Positions 8,298 to 17,541 of a DNA stretch of 24,829 nucleotides are shown one piece after another. This DNA comes from a virus. Lineage: Duplodnaviria > Caudoviricetes. A program made the translations under genes and the position numbers. The DNA is taken from positions 1-24,829 of the IMG/VR virus record IMGVR_UViG_3300036713_000194; one strand, 5' to 3'. The stretch's first letter is position 1; each line of letters begins with the position of its first letter. Below the pieces are notes generated by a model that saw only the letters and a program-made list of their open reading frames with translations, searched no databases and was not told the DNA's origin.

Positions 8298-10127
8298 ATG
8301 GCTGAAAATATAAATAATGAACAACCTATGATAGAAGACACAGTGCCTGTGGAAGAAATAGCTGCTGAACAGCCAATAGTAGAGCAGCCAATAGTAGAGC
8401 AGCCAGTAGCTGAGCAGCAAGTAGTTGAGCAGCCAGTTATAGATCCTATAACTCAACAAGAAATTATACAGCCCCCACTAGCTCCTGTACAGCCAGTAGA
8501 GCCAGTACCTCCAGTTCTAGAACCAAAACAAGACTTACCATCTACTACAGAATCTCAAATAGAAACTCAACAAAATGCAGATCGTAGATATCAAACAGCT
8601 ATAACTAGAATAAAAGCTAGAACACCTAACATGGCTGGAACTCCATCTCAGGATGATATTATAAATGAGTTGAAATTAATGGAACAAGAAGACTTTGCCG
8701 CTGTAGAATTAGAAAAAGAAAGGCAAGGCGCAATAGAAATTGAAGAGCAACAATTAATAAATGAGTATCAAGCTAAAAAAGATTTCATGCTTAGCAAAGG
8801 TTATAAATTTGAAGAAGATCCTGAAATGGAGCAACTTATAGCTAAAAAAGAAGGAGAGTTAGCACTAAAAGCAAGTCTAGATGCTAGAGAAAAAAAAGGT
8901 TTACAAGATGCTATAGATAAAGCCTCTACTCCCACAGAAGAAGACATTTTAATAAAACAAGCTCCTTTAAAAGAAAAAAGAGCGGAAAAAGAAGCTAATG
9001 ATAGACAAATAGCTTCAGAGAAAAAAGACTTAGAAGATTTTAAACAAAAAACAGAAAACGACTTTAAGGCAGTACAGGATGCTTTAGATAAATATAGGGA
9101 CCATAAAATAGACTCAGGAAGATATCTAAGAGATATGGACACTGGTCCAAAAGTATTAATGGCAATAGCACTTGCTATGTCTTCTTATGGATCAGCGATT
9201 ACCAAAACTGAAGACACTGCATTTAAAATGCTACAAGACGCTATAGATAAAGATGTAAAGCAGCAAATAGAAGCAGGAAACGTAAAAAAAGAACATGCGG
9301 AACTTCTGTTATCTAATCATTACAAAAAAGCCGCAGAAGAAATTAGCAAAAAAGAGTTAATAATAAAAGATAAAGAGTCTAGAGTAAAAATGAATAAAAT
9401 GGCTCAAGAAATGGCTCTAAAATCAAAAGAATATGAAAACCTTCAAAGACAAAAAATAATTCAAAAAGCTATATTAGAAGGAAAGGGAGATGATGTACCT
9501 ATATATTTTTTAGACGAAGGTGCGCAAAAACAAGCAAGAGAGTTAAATAACACATATAGATCAGAAATAGATAAAATAGGCATAGGAGACATGCTAGTAA
9601 ATTTAGAAACTATGCAAAGAAATATAGAAGAAAACTCCGGTCCTGCCGACGCATCTTTAATATATCTATTTTATAAAACATTTGACCCCACTTCAGTAGT
9701 AAGGGAAGGAGAGTTTAAAACATTAAAGGATATAGGAGCATTTTTAGAAACTCCTGATGGAATGGAATTAAACGCTAAAATCCCTTCATCATTAAAAAGA
9801 CTTGTAGCAAAAATGACTACCGGCGAAATGCTTACAAAACAACAAAAACAAAATTTAATAAAATCAGTAGTAAATAAAAATAAAGCAACTTTAAACAGGG
9901 TAGACAAAGTAAATAAAGAATTTACTAAATTATCAAGATCTTACGGAATACCATCTAAAGCAGTAGTCACAAAAGGATATAAAATTTCAAATTACACCTC
10001 CCACTCAGCAAAAGCTAAAAATGAGAAAAATATTGAAAGTGTTCTAAACACTCCTAAATATAAAAATGCAACTAGAGAAGAGGCGATAAATGCATTAAAA
10101 GAAAAAGGATTGTGGCACAAGGAATAA
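8298..10127 (+). CDS. Probable internal virion / DNA ejection protein
   Basis: 609 aa; acidic Pro-rich N-terminus, long coiled coils, one hydrophobic helix (VLMAIALAMSSYG), and DASLIYLFYKTFDPTSVVREGEF, a motif I recall from podovirus internal proteins. Located after the nozzle-like gene. Confidence 0.6.
   Translation: MAENINNEQPMIEDTVPVEEIAAEQPIVEQPIVEQPVAEQQVVEQPVIDPITQQEIIQPPLAPVQPVEPVPPVLEPKQDLPSTTESQIETQQNADRRYQTAITRIKARTPNMAGTPSQDDIINELKLMEQEDFAAVELEKERQGAIEIEEQQLINEYQAKKDFMLSKGYKFEEDPEMEQLIAKKEGELALKASLDAREKKGLQDAIDKASTPTEEDILIKQAPLKEKRAEKEANDRQIASEKKDLEDFKQKTENDFKAVQDALDKYRDHKIDSGRYLRDMDTGPKVLMAIALAMSSYGSAITKTEDTAFKMLQDAIDKDVKQQIEAGNVKKEHAELLLSNHYKKAAEEISKKELIIKDKESRVKMNKMAQEMALKSKEYENLQRQKIIQKAILEGKGDDVPIYFLDEGAQKQARELNNTYRSEIDKIGIGDMLVNLETMQRNIEENSGPADASLIYLFYKTFDPTSVVREGEFKTLKDIGAFLETPDGMELNAKIPSSLKRLVAKMTTGEMLTKQQKQNLIKSVVNKNKATLNRVDKVNKEFTKLSRSYGIPSKAVVTKGYKISNYTSHSAKAKNEKNIESVLNTPKYKNATREEAINALKEKGLWHKE
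8367..8441 (+). repeat. Five degenerate 15-bp tandem repeats (EQPIV-type)
   Basis: GAACAGCCAATAGTA / GAGCAGCCAATAGTA / GAGCAGCCAGTAGCT / GAGCAGCAAGTAGTT / GAGCAGCCAGTTATA. Confidence 0.85.
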
Positions 10128-10128
10128 T

Positions 10129-12513
10129 ATGGCAGATGATAAAATAAAAATAAATTTAGATGATGTTACAGGAATAGAGGCTCCGGACAATGAGTACTAT
10201 GGAGTAGAGTCCGAATTGCCAGAATTAAAATCAGATCTAACTCCTGAAGATATTGAAGAAGTAGGTAAAGAAATCGAACTAGAAAGAAAGTATGGAGATA
10301 GAAGCTTAGAAGCTTTTGGCTTAGGAGCTGCTTCAGGATTAACATATTCTGCCTCAGAACTAGCTGCAATTAAAGCAGGACTATATACTAGAAAAGAACT
10401 AAAAGAAATTAAAAAAAGAAATGCTTTAGAATTTTACGGAGGAGACATAGGAGCTTCAATAGCAGCCGCTGCAGCATCTGGAGGAACATCCTTAGTAGGC
10501 AAAGTAGCAGCTAAAACTGCTCCATCTTTAATAGCAAAAGCTAGTCAAAAAGCAGGTAAAGAAATATTAAAAACTCTGACTAAAAACGCCGCAAATAAAA
10601 AATTTACTAAAAAATTAGTCGAAAAAGTATCAGCAGAAAATCTAGGATCGGCTATGGAAGCAGCAGCTTTTAACGTCCATGATCTACTAAGAGAAGATAT
10701 ACTAGGAGATGCTGAGTTTAACGCTACCAACGCACTTGTCGCAGCAGGAACAGGAGCAGTGATGGGAGGAGCAGCTAGTAAACTTTTTGGAGGAGTTCAG
10801 GCTACCATACCCAAAGCTAAAGACATCGCTGATAAATCCGCAGCAAAATTAAAATTGGGATTTATGGACCCAATAAAAGCAACAAAAAAAGCATTTAAAA
10901 TAAAAGATACATCTTCATTTTCTAAGTCTTTCGATGATCCAGAAGAAGCTAAAAAAATTATGAATTTTCTTTATGACGAAGGTCTATTAGATAAATTTGA
11001 TTCAAGTAGTAAAGTTTTAAAAAAATTTGAAGCTATAAAAGAAAAGTCTATAAAAGGATTAGATGAGGCATATGAAACTTTAGACAGTGCTATATCAAAA
11101 AAAGGAATTGATGAGTTAAATAATGTAGATACAATAGTACCAGTAATGAAGTCCTTAGACGATCAAGTACAAAGATTAAAAAAATCGGTCAGTGAAGGAG
11201 ATAGAATACAAGCTAGAGCTCTAGAAAAAATAGTTAATAATATAGATGAAGTACATTTAGGAGGAAATCTAAAAGAAGGTCTTCCATTAACATACGAAAA
11301 ACTAAAACCATCGCAGCTTAGAACTCTTAGACAACAACTAGATTCTAATATAAAATTTGAAAGTGTAAAAGATCCTACAGAGTTTGAAAACGCAATATAT
11401 CAAGCAAGAACCATGTTAAATGAAACATTATATAAAAAAGCTGAGTTAGTAGATGAGAATTTATTAAACAGTTTAAAAAAGAATAATCAAGGTTATAGCC
11501 TATCTACTAAATTCTTAAATCCTAGAAATACTCAAGTAGGAAAAATGGCTGACGAAGATATAAGCAACATATTAAACATAAGAGACATGATGATGGGAAT
11601 GACTGGAGCTATAATAGACCCAACAGTTACCGGAACTATACTAGGAGGAAAAGCTCTATTAAAATCAAAAGCATTTAACAAGTACATAGTCGCTGCACAC
11701 GTAGAAAGAACAAACAAAGAAATTGTTAAAAAAACTAATAGCAGCCTTAATAGATTTTTTAAAAATACAAACTTGGCAAAGTTAAAGCAGCTTAAAGAAC
11801 CTGCAAAAAAATACACTATATTAAAATCCGCAATTGCCATGGACGAAAAAGGGAAAAAACCGCTAGATAAAAAACAAGCTCTAAATAATATAAGAGCAAA
11901 TATAGATAAGTATAAAGATCCTAATGTATTAGCAGAAAAACTAATAAGAAATACAGCATCTTTAAATAATTTTGCACCAAATACAGTACAAGCAGTAACT
12001 CCAATGATCAACAACATGGTCCATTTTATAGATGATAAGATTCCTAAAAAAATAACAGCGCAAGGAACTATACAAACTCTAAAAAATAATAAAGACTATA
12101 CTCCTTCTAGCATTGAAATGGCAAAATTTGAAAGATATATGGAAGCTATAGACAATCCTATGTCAGTATTAGATGATTTAGAAAAAGGATCTTTAACTAG
12201 GGAAAAAGTAGAAGTATTGGAAAATATATATCCGAATCTATATAAACGAATACAAGATCAATCTATGGAATATATAGCTAACAACCCAGATACTTTAAAT
12301 TATCAACAAAGATTAAAAATAGGGACATTATTAAACATACCAGCGGATACTGCTTTAATTCCTAGAAATATTGGACTACTTCAAGCTAACTTTGGAGCAG
12401 AACAAGAAGAAAGAGCACAAAGAGCTCAAAGTGAAAGTTTAGGAAAATATGAAGCACTAGACATGGCTGATGATGAAATGTCGTCAATAGAGCAAGTAGA
12501 AAAAAGAAACTAA
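10129..12513 (+). CDS. Probable large internal virion / ejection protein
   Basis: 794 aa, alpha-helical, with several Gly/Ala-rich hydrophobic stretches (AFGLGAASGLT, GASIAAAAASGG, LVAAGTGAVMGGAAS). Third of three genes in the ejection-protein position. Confidence 0.6.
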   Translation: MADDKIKINLDDVTGIEAPDNEYYGVESELPELKSDLTPEDIEEVGKEIELERKYGDRSLEAFGLGAASGLTYSASELAAIKAGLYTRKELKEIKKRNALEFYGGDIGASIAAAAASGGTSLVGKVAAKTAPSLIAKASQKAGKEILKTLTKNAANKKFTKKLVEKVSAENLGSAMEAAAFNVHDLLREDILGDAEFNATNALVAAGTGAVMGGAASKLFGGVQATIPKAKDIADKSAAKLKLGFMDPIKATKKAFKIKDTSSFSKSFDDPEEAKKIMNFLYDEGLLDKFDSSSKVLKKFEAIKEKSIKGLDEAYETLDSAISKKGIDELNNVDTIVPVMKSLDDQVQRLKKSVSEGDRIQARALEKIVNNIDEVHLGGNLKEGLPLTYEKLKPSQLRTLRQQLDSNIKFESVKDPTEFENAIYQARTMLNETLYKKAELVDENLLNSLKKNNQGYSLSTKFLNPRNTQVGKMADEDISNILNIRDMMMGMTGAIIDPTVTGTILGGKALLKSKAFNKYIVAAHVERTNKEIVKKTNSSLNRFFKNTNLAKLKQLKEPAKKYTILKSAIAMDEKGKKPLDKKQALNNIRANIDKYKDPNVLAEKLIRNTASLNNFAPNTVQAVTPMINNMVHFIDDKIPKKITAQGTIQTLKNNKDYTPSSIEMAKFERYMEAIDNPMSVLDDLEKGSLTREKVEVLENIYPNLYKRIQDQSMEYIANNPDTLNYQQRLKIGTLLNIPADTALIPRNIGLLQANFGAEQEERAQRAQSESLGKYEALDMADDEMSSIEQVEKRN

Positions 12514-12529
12514 GTAAAAGGAGAAAGTT

Positions 12530-12607
12530 ATGATTTTACTAGGAATAGTATTATTTACCGTTATTTTATTAGAAATGTTTGAAACTGGAGACATTGAAAT
12601 TAAATAA
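12530..12607 (+). CDS. 25-aa hydrophobic peptide (absent from ORF track)
   Basis: MILLGIVLFTVILLEMFETGDIEIK*; AAGGAG RBS 6 nt upstream of ATG. Confidence 0.55.
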   Translation: MILLGIVLFTVILLEMFETGDIEIK

Positions 12608-12622
12608 CAGCTAAACTATAAT
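12594..12622 (+). promoter_or_regulatory. Sigma70-like promoter
   Basis: TTGAAA, 17 nt, TATAAT; followed by a small hairpin AGCTG-GAAAA-CAGCT (12630-12644) and the AAGGAG RBS of 12665. Confidence 0.65.
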
Positions 12623-12664
12623 AACGACTAGCTGGAAAACAGCTTAACCCAAAAGGAGTCCTTA

Positions 12665-13015
12665 ATGGCACGAAAAAACGTAATTAAAGGCTACAAACCC
12701 TTCGATGAAGTAGACATCTCGTCTAACCAAGATTCAGAAGAAATTGTAGTTACAAATCTAGACAAAGCATCAATCCATGTTATGTGGAGCGGAAGCAGCC
12801 CAGTAGGCACTATGGTAGTACAGGCTAAAAATGGAGAAAAAGGAACCTACTACAACTTAGAAGGTTTAGACGCTATCTCTATTACAGGCAATAGTGGAGA
12901 CCATGTTATAATATTTTCCGACATGCCCTTTACGCACCTAAAAATATCATTTACTAACACGTCCGGTACTGGCTCCATGACAGCCAATATGACCGCTAAG
13001 CAGATAGGAGGATAA
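12665..13015 (+). CDS. Small beta-sandwich virion protein
   Basis: 116 aa, alternating beta-strand pattern, strong RBS, first gene of the fibre cluster. Confidence 0.6.
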   Translation: MARKNVIKGYKPFDEVDISSNQDSEEIVVTNLDKASIHVMWSGSSPVGTMVVQAKNGEKGTYYNLEGLDAISITGNSGDHVIIFSDMPFTHLKISFTNTSGTGSMTANMTAKQIGG

Positions 13016-13016
13016 C

Positions 13017-14381
13017 ATGGCAGTTTTTACATACCCACCAGCAGGCTCCATTTCAATTTCAGGAGGAGCTACAGAAGCCAAGCAAGATACTATTATAACC
13101 GAATTAGGCGATGTTAATACTGAGCTCGATAGTCAAACCACGCTTTTAACCTCATTAGACGGAAAAGATTTTGCTACTCAGACAACGCTTAGCGCTTTAG
13201 AAGGCAAAGACTTTGCTACCCAAACTACTTTAAGTGCTTTAGAGGGCAAGGACTTTGCTACTCAAACTACACTAGCAGCTTTAGCAGCTACAGACTTCGC
13301 CACTCAAACCACTTTAGCAGCTTTATTAACTGAGCTTCAAGCTAAAGCAGACTTAGCAGAGACACAACCTGTAAGCGCTGCCTCTTTACCGTTGCCAACT
13401 GGCGCTTCAACTGAAGCAACGCTAAGCTCTTTAGAAGGCAAGGACTTCGCTACACAAACTACACTAGCAGCTTTACTAACCGAGCTGCAAGCTAAAGCAG
13501 ACTTAGGAGAAACTCAGCCTGTGTCAGTAGCCTCTCTACCACTTCCAAGTGGATCAGCTACAGAAGCCAAACAGGACTCGGCAATAACAGAACTGCAACA
13601 AATTGAAGCAGACATTGAAGACACCAATAACCGACTTGGTGAAGTAAGCGCTACTCCAACTTCAAATACAGTATTAGAACGACTACAATCTATCCAAGCC
13701 AAGTTAGATGCTCTACAGACCGAACTTGAGGCAAAAGCAGACTTAGCAGAAACTCAACCTGTAAGCCAAGCTAGTCAACCGTTGCCCACTGGAGCAGCTA
13801 CAGAAGCAACGTTAAGTTCTATTGATGGCAAGGACTTTGCTACTCAAACTACAAGTGCTGCCATCCTGACTGAGTTGCAAGCTAAAGCCGATGTTACTGA
13901 AACGCAACCCGTAAGTGCAGCATCGCTTCCACTACCAGCCGGTGCCGCTACAGAATCCACGCTATCATCTATCGATGGAAAAGATTTTGCTACTCAAACT
14001 ACCATGGCTGCCTTACTTACTGAATTAGAAGGAAAAGCTGATCTAGCTGAAACGCAACCTGTAAGTGCAGCATCATTGCCCTTGCCTGCAGGAGCTTCAA
14101 CGGCTGCAAATCAAAGTACGGCAAATACTAGCCTTGATAACATTGACACAAGCTTAAATAATATTGAGTCCGATGCTAACAATCTTAATGCTCGTCTAGC
14201 AGGTGCCCTAGTACCAGCCGCTTTTGACTACATTGCTCTAACCTATGTTGCAGCAGGTAACGGAGCCGGAGAAGTTGAAACAGCCACATACAAAACTGGT
14301 GGAGCCGCAGGAACTACAGTAGCCACTTTAACCTTAGCCTACGACGGGTCAAACAGACTGTCTAGCGTTACTAAAACTTAG
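13017..14381 (+). CDS. Repetitive fibre-shaft protein
   Basis: 454 aa; seven DFATQT motifs and five TQPVS.ASxPLP.G units; C-terminal beta domain ending VATLTLAYDGSNRLSSVTKT. Confidence 0.7.
   Translation: MAVFTYPPAGSISISGGATEAKQDTIITELGDVNTELDSQTTLLTSLDGKDFATQTTLSALEGKDFATQTTLSALEGKDFATQTTLAALAATDFATQTTLAALLTELQAKADLAETQPVSAASLPLPTGASTEATLSSLEGKDFATQTTLAALLTELQAKADLGETQPVSVASLPLPSGSATEAKQDSAITELQQIEADIEDTNNRLGEVSATPTSNTVLERLQSIQAKLDALQTELEAKADLAETQPVSQASQPLPTGAATEATLSSIDGKDFATQTTSAAILTELQAKADVTETQPVSAASLPLPAGAATESTLSSIDGKDFATQTTMAALLTELEGKADLAETQPVSAASLPLPAGASTAANQSTANTSLDNIDTSLNNIESDANNLNARLAGALVPAAFDYIALTYVAAGNGAGEVETATYKTGGAAGTTVATLTLAYDGSNRLSSVTKT
13155..14100 (+). repeat. Coding repeats: 42-bp (14-aa) and 150-bp (50-aa) units
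   Basis: EGKDFATQTTLSAL-type units in tandem, then DFATQTTLAALLTELQAKADLAETQPVSAASLPLPTGASTEATLSSLEGK-type units. Synonymous sites differ between copies. Confidence 0.85.
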
Positions 14382-14389
14382 GAGGCACC

Positions 14390-14722
14390 ATGGCTTTAAA
14401 ATTTAACCCTTTTACGGGTAACTTTGACATAGTTAACGATGCTATCCCAGTGCACGACGTAGAAGCTCAAGCATCAGCCTTTAACGCTGAAGCCGGTAAA
14501 ACCTATATGGTAACTGGTACTGCCTACACCATTACTCTGCCAGCCTCACCAGCTACAGACGACTACATAGTCATAAAAGATGCAGCGGGCAATGCAAGCA
14601 CTAATAATAAAACAGTGTCAGGAAACGGCAATAATATCGACGGCAGCGCAACCCATGTTATTAACAGCGACTACGCCTCACACCGATACGTATTTGACGG
14701 ATCTAACTGGTTTATAGTATAA
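14390..14722 (+). CDS. Small fibre-associated protein
   Basis: 110 aa; N-terminal KFNPFTGNFD motif; TITLPASP...D.IVIKD..GN..TNN.TV.GNG.NIDG domain paralogous to the C-terminus of 3371-4027; AGGAGG RBS. Confidence 0.7.
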   Translation: MALKFNPFTGNFDIVNDAIPVHDVEAQASAFNAEAGKTYMVTGTAYTITLPASPATDDYIVIKDAAGNASTNNKTVSGNGNNIDGSATHVINSDYASHRYVFDGSNWFIV

Positions 14723-14723
14723 T
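14694..14723 (+). promoter_or_regulatory. Sigma70-like promoter
   Basis: TTGACG (14694-14699), 18 nt, TATAAT (14718-14723), pointing into the longest intergenic region. Confidence 0.45.
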
Positions 14724-14763
14724 TAGTACTAGGTAGTCTCAAAAGAACTAAAAAGAACTAAAC

Positions 14764-14789
14764 AGGGCTATATAGCTACATATAGCCCT
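14764..14789. terminator. Perfect 10-bp inverted repeat (possible terminator, better U tail on the minus strand)
   Basis: AGGGCTATAT-AGCTAC-ATATAGCCCT, preceded by AAAAGAACTA x2 (14741-14760). Confidence 0.55.
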
Positions 14790-14924
14790 TAAAATCTAAA
14801 GCAAAATATAACACTATAACATAAAAGAACCTACAAGGGCTTAAAAACCCTCATAGTTAATAAAATCAACAACTTAGCTTTATCACTTCAAAGTGCTAAA
14901 ATTAACTACATAGGAGAACACAGA

Positions 14925-16991
14925 ATGAGCTTTATTGGTAAAAATATAAGCCTAAATACGCTTAAACAGAACGGACTAAGTGCAGCCCCAACTAGCCCCG
15001 TCGAAGGCATGATCTACTACGACGACGGTACTACAAATACTGAAGGTCTATATATATACAGAGACTCTGCCTGGGAATTTGTCGGAACAAAAATAGACTC
15101 TCAAAAGCTTAACCCCCTAGATGCCGATCCAGGCTCACCAATTCAAGGACAGTTTTTCTACTCAGATGGTACTAGCCGCTCGGAAGGCTTATACGTCTAT
15201 GACGGAACTCAGTGGAAAACAGTTGGTAGTGGGTCTAGCGGCATAAACTATATTGAAAATAACGATGCTGAAGGTGGGACTACAGGATGGTCAACATATA
15301 ACGACTCTTCTGAGGTTCCAGTCGACGGTACTGGAGGAAGTGCCAGTATTCTATTTACCGCTTCTAGCTCAAGCCCGCTTAGAGGAACTAAAAGTTTTTT
15401 AATTGAGAAAAATGGCGCAGCTTCAAGGCAAGGTGAAGGGATTAGTTATGATTTTAGCATTGAAGATGCTGATAAGGGTCAGTTAGCCGCAGTTAGTTTT
15501 GACTATAGCGTTACAGCAGACTATAGCACTGACAATATTAAAGTATATTTGTACGATGTTACTAACAGCCGACTTATAAACCTAGTTGAAGCCGGTGTAG
15601 AAGCAAAAAGCCCTGCAGGAAAGTATCTAGGATATGGAACTTTTAGTGGTGGATCAACATCTTACCGAGTTTTAGTTCACATTGGAAGCAACGATACAGA
15701 CGATTACGATATTAAAATTGACAACTTTAGAGTAGGTCCAGCAGATTCAAAGATGCTTACAAATAATAATGACGTCTACTTTTTAGGAAGGGGATCTACT
15801 ACAGGATCTATAACATCCGATGTTACTCCAATAGGCTTTACAACCGTTACGGATACTCACGATGCCTATAGTACAGACACTTTTACTGCTCCTGAATCTG
15901 GCTACTATTTAATTAATATATCCGTAAGACTGGGGACTGCTGACGATGCTTCAACCGGAGTATTCGTAAACGGAGTACAAAAACAAAAAATAATTAGCCA
16001 CTTAATTGAAAGCACTACTAGTGAAGTTGGTTCAGCTACATTATATCTAGAAGCCGGAGATGATGTTACTTTTATTAAAGGATCAGGAAATAATACTGTT
16101 ACTGACGATGCATTAAATACTTGGCTTTCAATTATTAAAATTGGAAAATCTCTCAACGAATCAGACTCAAGCGGTCGCACAGTTTATGTATCTGGACAAG
16201 GATCAACAACTGGAGCCGTAACTTCGGATGTTACCCCAATAGGATTTACGGAAGTTACAGATACTCACGGAGCTTGGAGTGGAGATCAATTTACAGCCCC
16301 GGAAAGCGGAATTTACCAAGTTTCTTCTATGGTAAGATTAATAACTCCAGACGATGGTTCTATAGATATTTATAAAAACGGATCAGTATATAAACAACTA
16401 ATACAAACACTGTCAGAAGATTCCTCATCCGGTTCTGGATCTACCTCAATAGAATTGCAAAAAGGCGACGTTCTGGAATTAAGAAAAGGTTCTGGTAACT
16501 CAACTATAAATAACGACATAAGAAGGACGTGGATAGATATTACTAAAATCGCAGAACTGCCCGATGTTATTCAGCCTAATTTTAAAAAGTTTCAGACCAA
16601 GATATTGACTTCGGATGTAACATCTAACGGAGACATATCAGATTTTCAATTTGATAATTTAACAATCGGAAAAACTTACGAAGTAAAAGGACAGTTACTT
16701 TATCAAAGTACTGCTTCTGGAGAGGCTACTTTTGAAATTAAATATAACGATGCTGCATCAGATGCAGGAAATGTATATGGAAGACATATAAAATATACTG
16801 ACTCAAGTTCTGGCTCGGAAAATGAGATGTATTATCCAAGTGTAGTTTTTACGGCTACCACAACTAGCTTATATATAAGAGCACAAAGTTCGTTTAGTTC
16901 TACTAGAAAATTATTAGGGAATGGTCTAAGAACAGAGTCTTATATTACTTTAGTAGAGCATAATAATTACACAGAAGTAGATACATTCTAA
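14925..16991 (+). CDS. Multidomain tail fibre / receptor-binding protein with tandem C1q-like domains
   Basis: 688 aa. Two P.SP..G..YY.DGT...EGLY.Y....W repeats (Mtd N-terminal-like), a CBM-like jelly roll starting NYIEN.DAE..TTGW, two F....DTH.A.S.D.FTAPESG.Y domains (gC1q pattern), and a C-terminal beta-sandwich. Confidence 0.75.
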   Translation: MSFIGKNISLNTLKQNGLSAAPTSPVEGMIYYDDGTTNTEGLYIYRDSAWEFVGTKIDSQKLNPLDADPGSPIQGQFFYSDGTSRSEGLYVYDGTQWKTVGSGSSGINYIENNDAEGGTTGWSTYNDSSEVPVDGTGGSASILFTASSSSPLRGTKSFLIEKNGAASRQGEGISYDFSIEDADKGQLAAVSFDYSVTADYSTDNIKVYLYDVTNSRLINLVEAGVEAKSPAGKYLGYGTFSGGSTSYRVLVHIGSNDTDDYDIKIDNFRVGPADSKMLTNNNDVYFLGRGSTTGSITSDVTPIGFTTVTDTHDAYSTDTFTAPESGYYLINISVRLGTADDASTGVFVNGVQKQKIISHLIESTTSEVGSATLYLEAGDDVTFIKGSGNNTVTDDALNTWLSIIKIGKSLNESDSSGRTVYVSGQGSTTGAVTSDVTPIGFTEVTDTHGAWSGDQFTAPESGIYQVSSMVRLITPDDGSIDIYKNGSVYKQLIQTLSEDSSSGSGSTSIELQKGDVLELRKGSGNSTINNDIRRTWIDITKIAELPDVIQPNFKKFQTKILTSDVTSNGDISDFQFDNLTIGKTYEVKGQLLYQSTASGEATFEIKYNDAASDAGNVYGRHIKYTDSSSGSENEMYYPSVVFTATTTSLYIRAQSSFSSTRKLLGNGLRTESYITLVEHNNYTEVDTF

Positions 16992-17001
16992 GGAGCTAAC
17001 G

Positions 17002-17262
17002 GTGGACAATAAAGATACTAAAATAATAATCCACAAGCTAGAATCTATGGAAACCAGAATAGGTGCTATAGAAAATCTACAAGGTATCCACAATGCCCAC
17101 CTAGAGTCCCACATGAAGCGCACTGAAAACGTAGAAGAAGCCCTATTGCCTATCAAAGACCATGTTAACCAAATGAAAGGTGCCGGCAAACTACTAGGAG
17201 TACTAGCCGTAATAGGCTCAATAGCCACAGCAGTACTAGTAATACTTAATGGAGGCTCATAG
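17002..17262 (+). CDS. Small membrane protein (coiled coil plus C-terminal TM; holin/XhlA-like)
   Basis: 86 aa, GTG start, AGGAG RBS, C-terminal LLGVLAVIGSIATAVLVIL. Confidence 0.55.
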   Translation: MDNKDTKIIIHKLESMETRIGAIENLQGIHNAHLESHMKRTENVEEALLPIKDHVNQMKGAGKLLGVLAVIGSIATAVLVILNGGS

Positions 17263-17540
17263 TGGATAAAAAGAAAAAAGAATTTGCGCTAAAAATAGAG
17301 CATAAAAATCCAAAAGGCGGATTAAACCAAAAAGGTCGAGATGCTTACAACAAAGCTACTGGCTCAAATTTAAAGGCTCCAGTAAGTGCTAAAGCAGCAA
17401 TAAAATCAAAAGCAAAGGCTAAAAGACGCAAATCTTTCTGTGCTCGCATGAAAGGAATGAAAAACAAATTAACAAGTGCTAAAACAGCAAACGATCCAAA
17501 TAGTCGTATAAACAAATCACTAAGAAAATGGGACTGTTAA
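17262..17540 (+). CDS. DUF6321-like conserved basic phage protein
   Basis: KNPKGGLN.KGR..YN..TGSNLKAPV ... RRKSFCARM.GMK.KLTS.KTA.DP.SRINKSLRKW.C matches my recollection of this widespread phage family of unknown function. Confidence 0.75.
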   Translation: MDKKKKEFALKIEHKNPKGGLNQKGRDAYNKATGSNLKAPVSAKAAIKSKAKAKRRKSFCARMKGMKNKLTSAKTANDPNSRINKSLRKWDC

Positions 17541-17541
17541 T

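Noticed and set aside
5143-12017. Several minus-strand ORFs (5143, 5758, 6118, 7183, 8801, 9671, 11532 and others)
   Set aside because: Antisense shadows of long + strand genes; S/F/L-rich, with no RBS or recognisable motifs.
13155-14100. Repeat array as possible CRISPR or DGR template/variable repeat
   Set aside because: Repeats are in-frame coding units that vary at synonymous sites. There are no unique spacers, no adenine-specific variation and no reverse transcriptase or cas gene in the window.
15774-16550. Duplicated fibre segments as an invertible/shufflon cassette
   Set aside because: The copies are direct, in frame and diverged; no inverted recombination sites or invertase seen.
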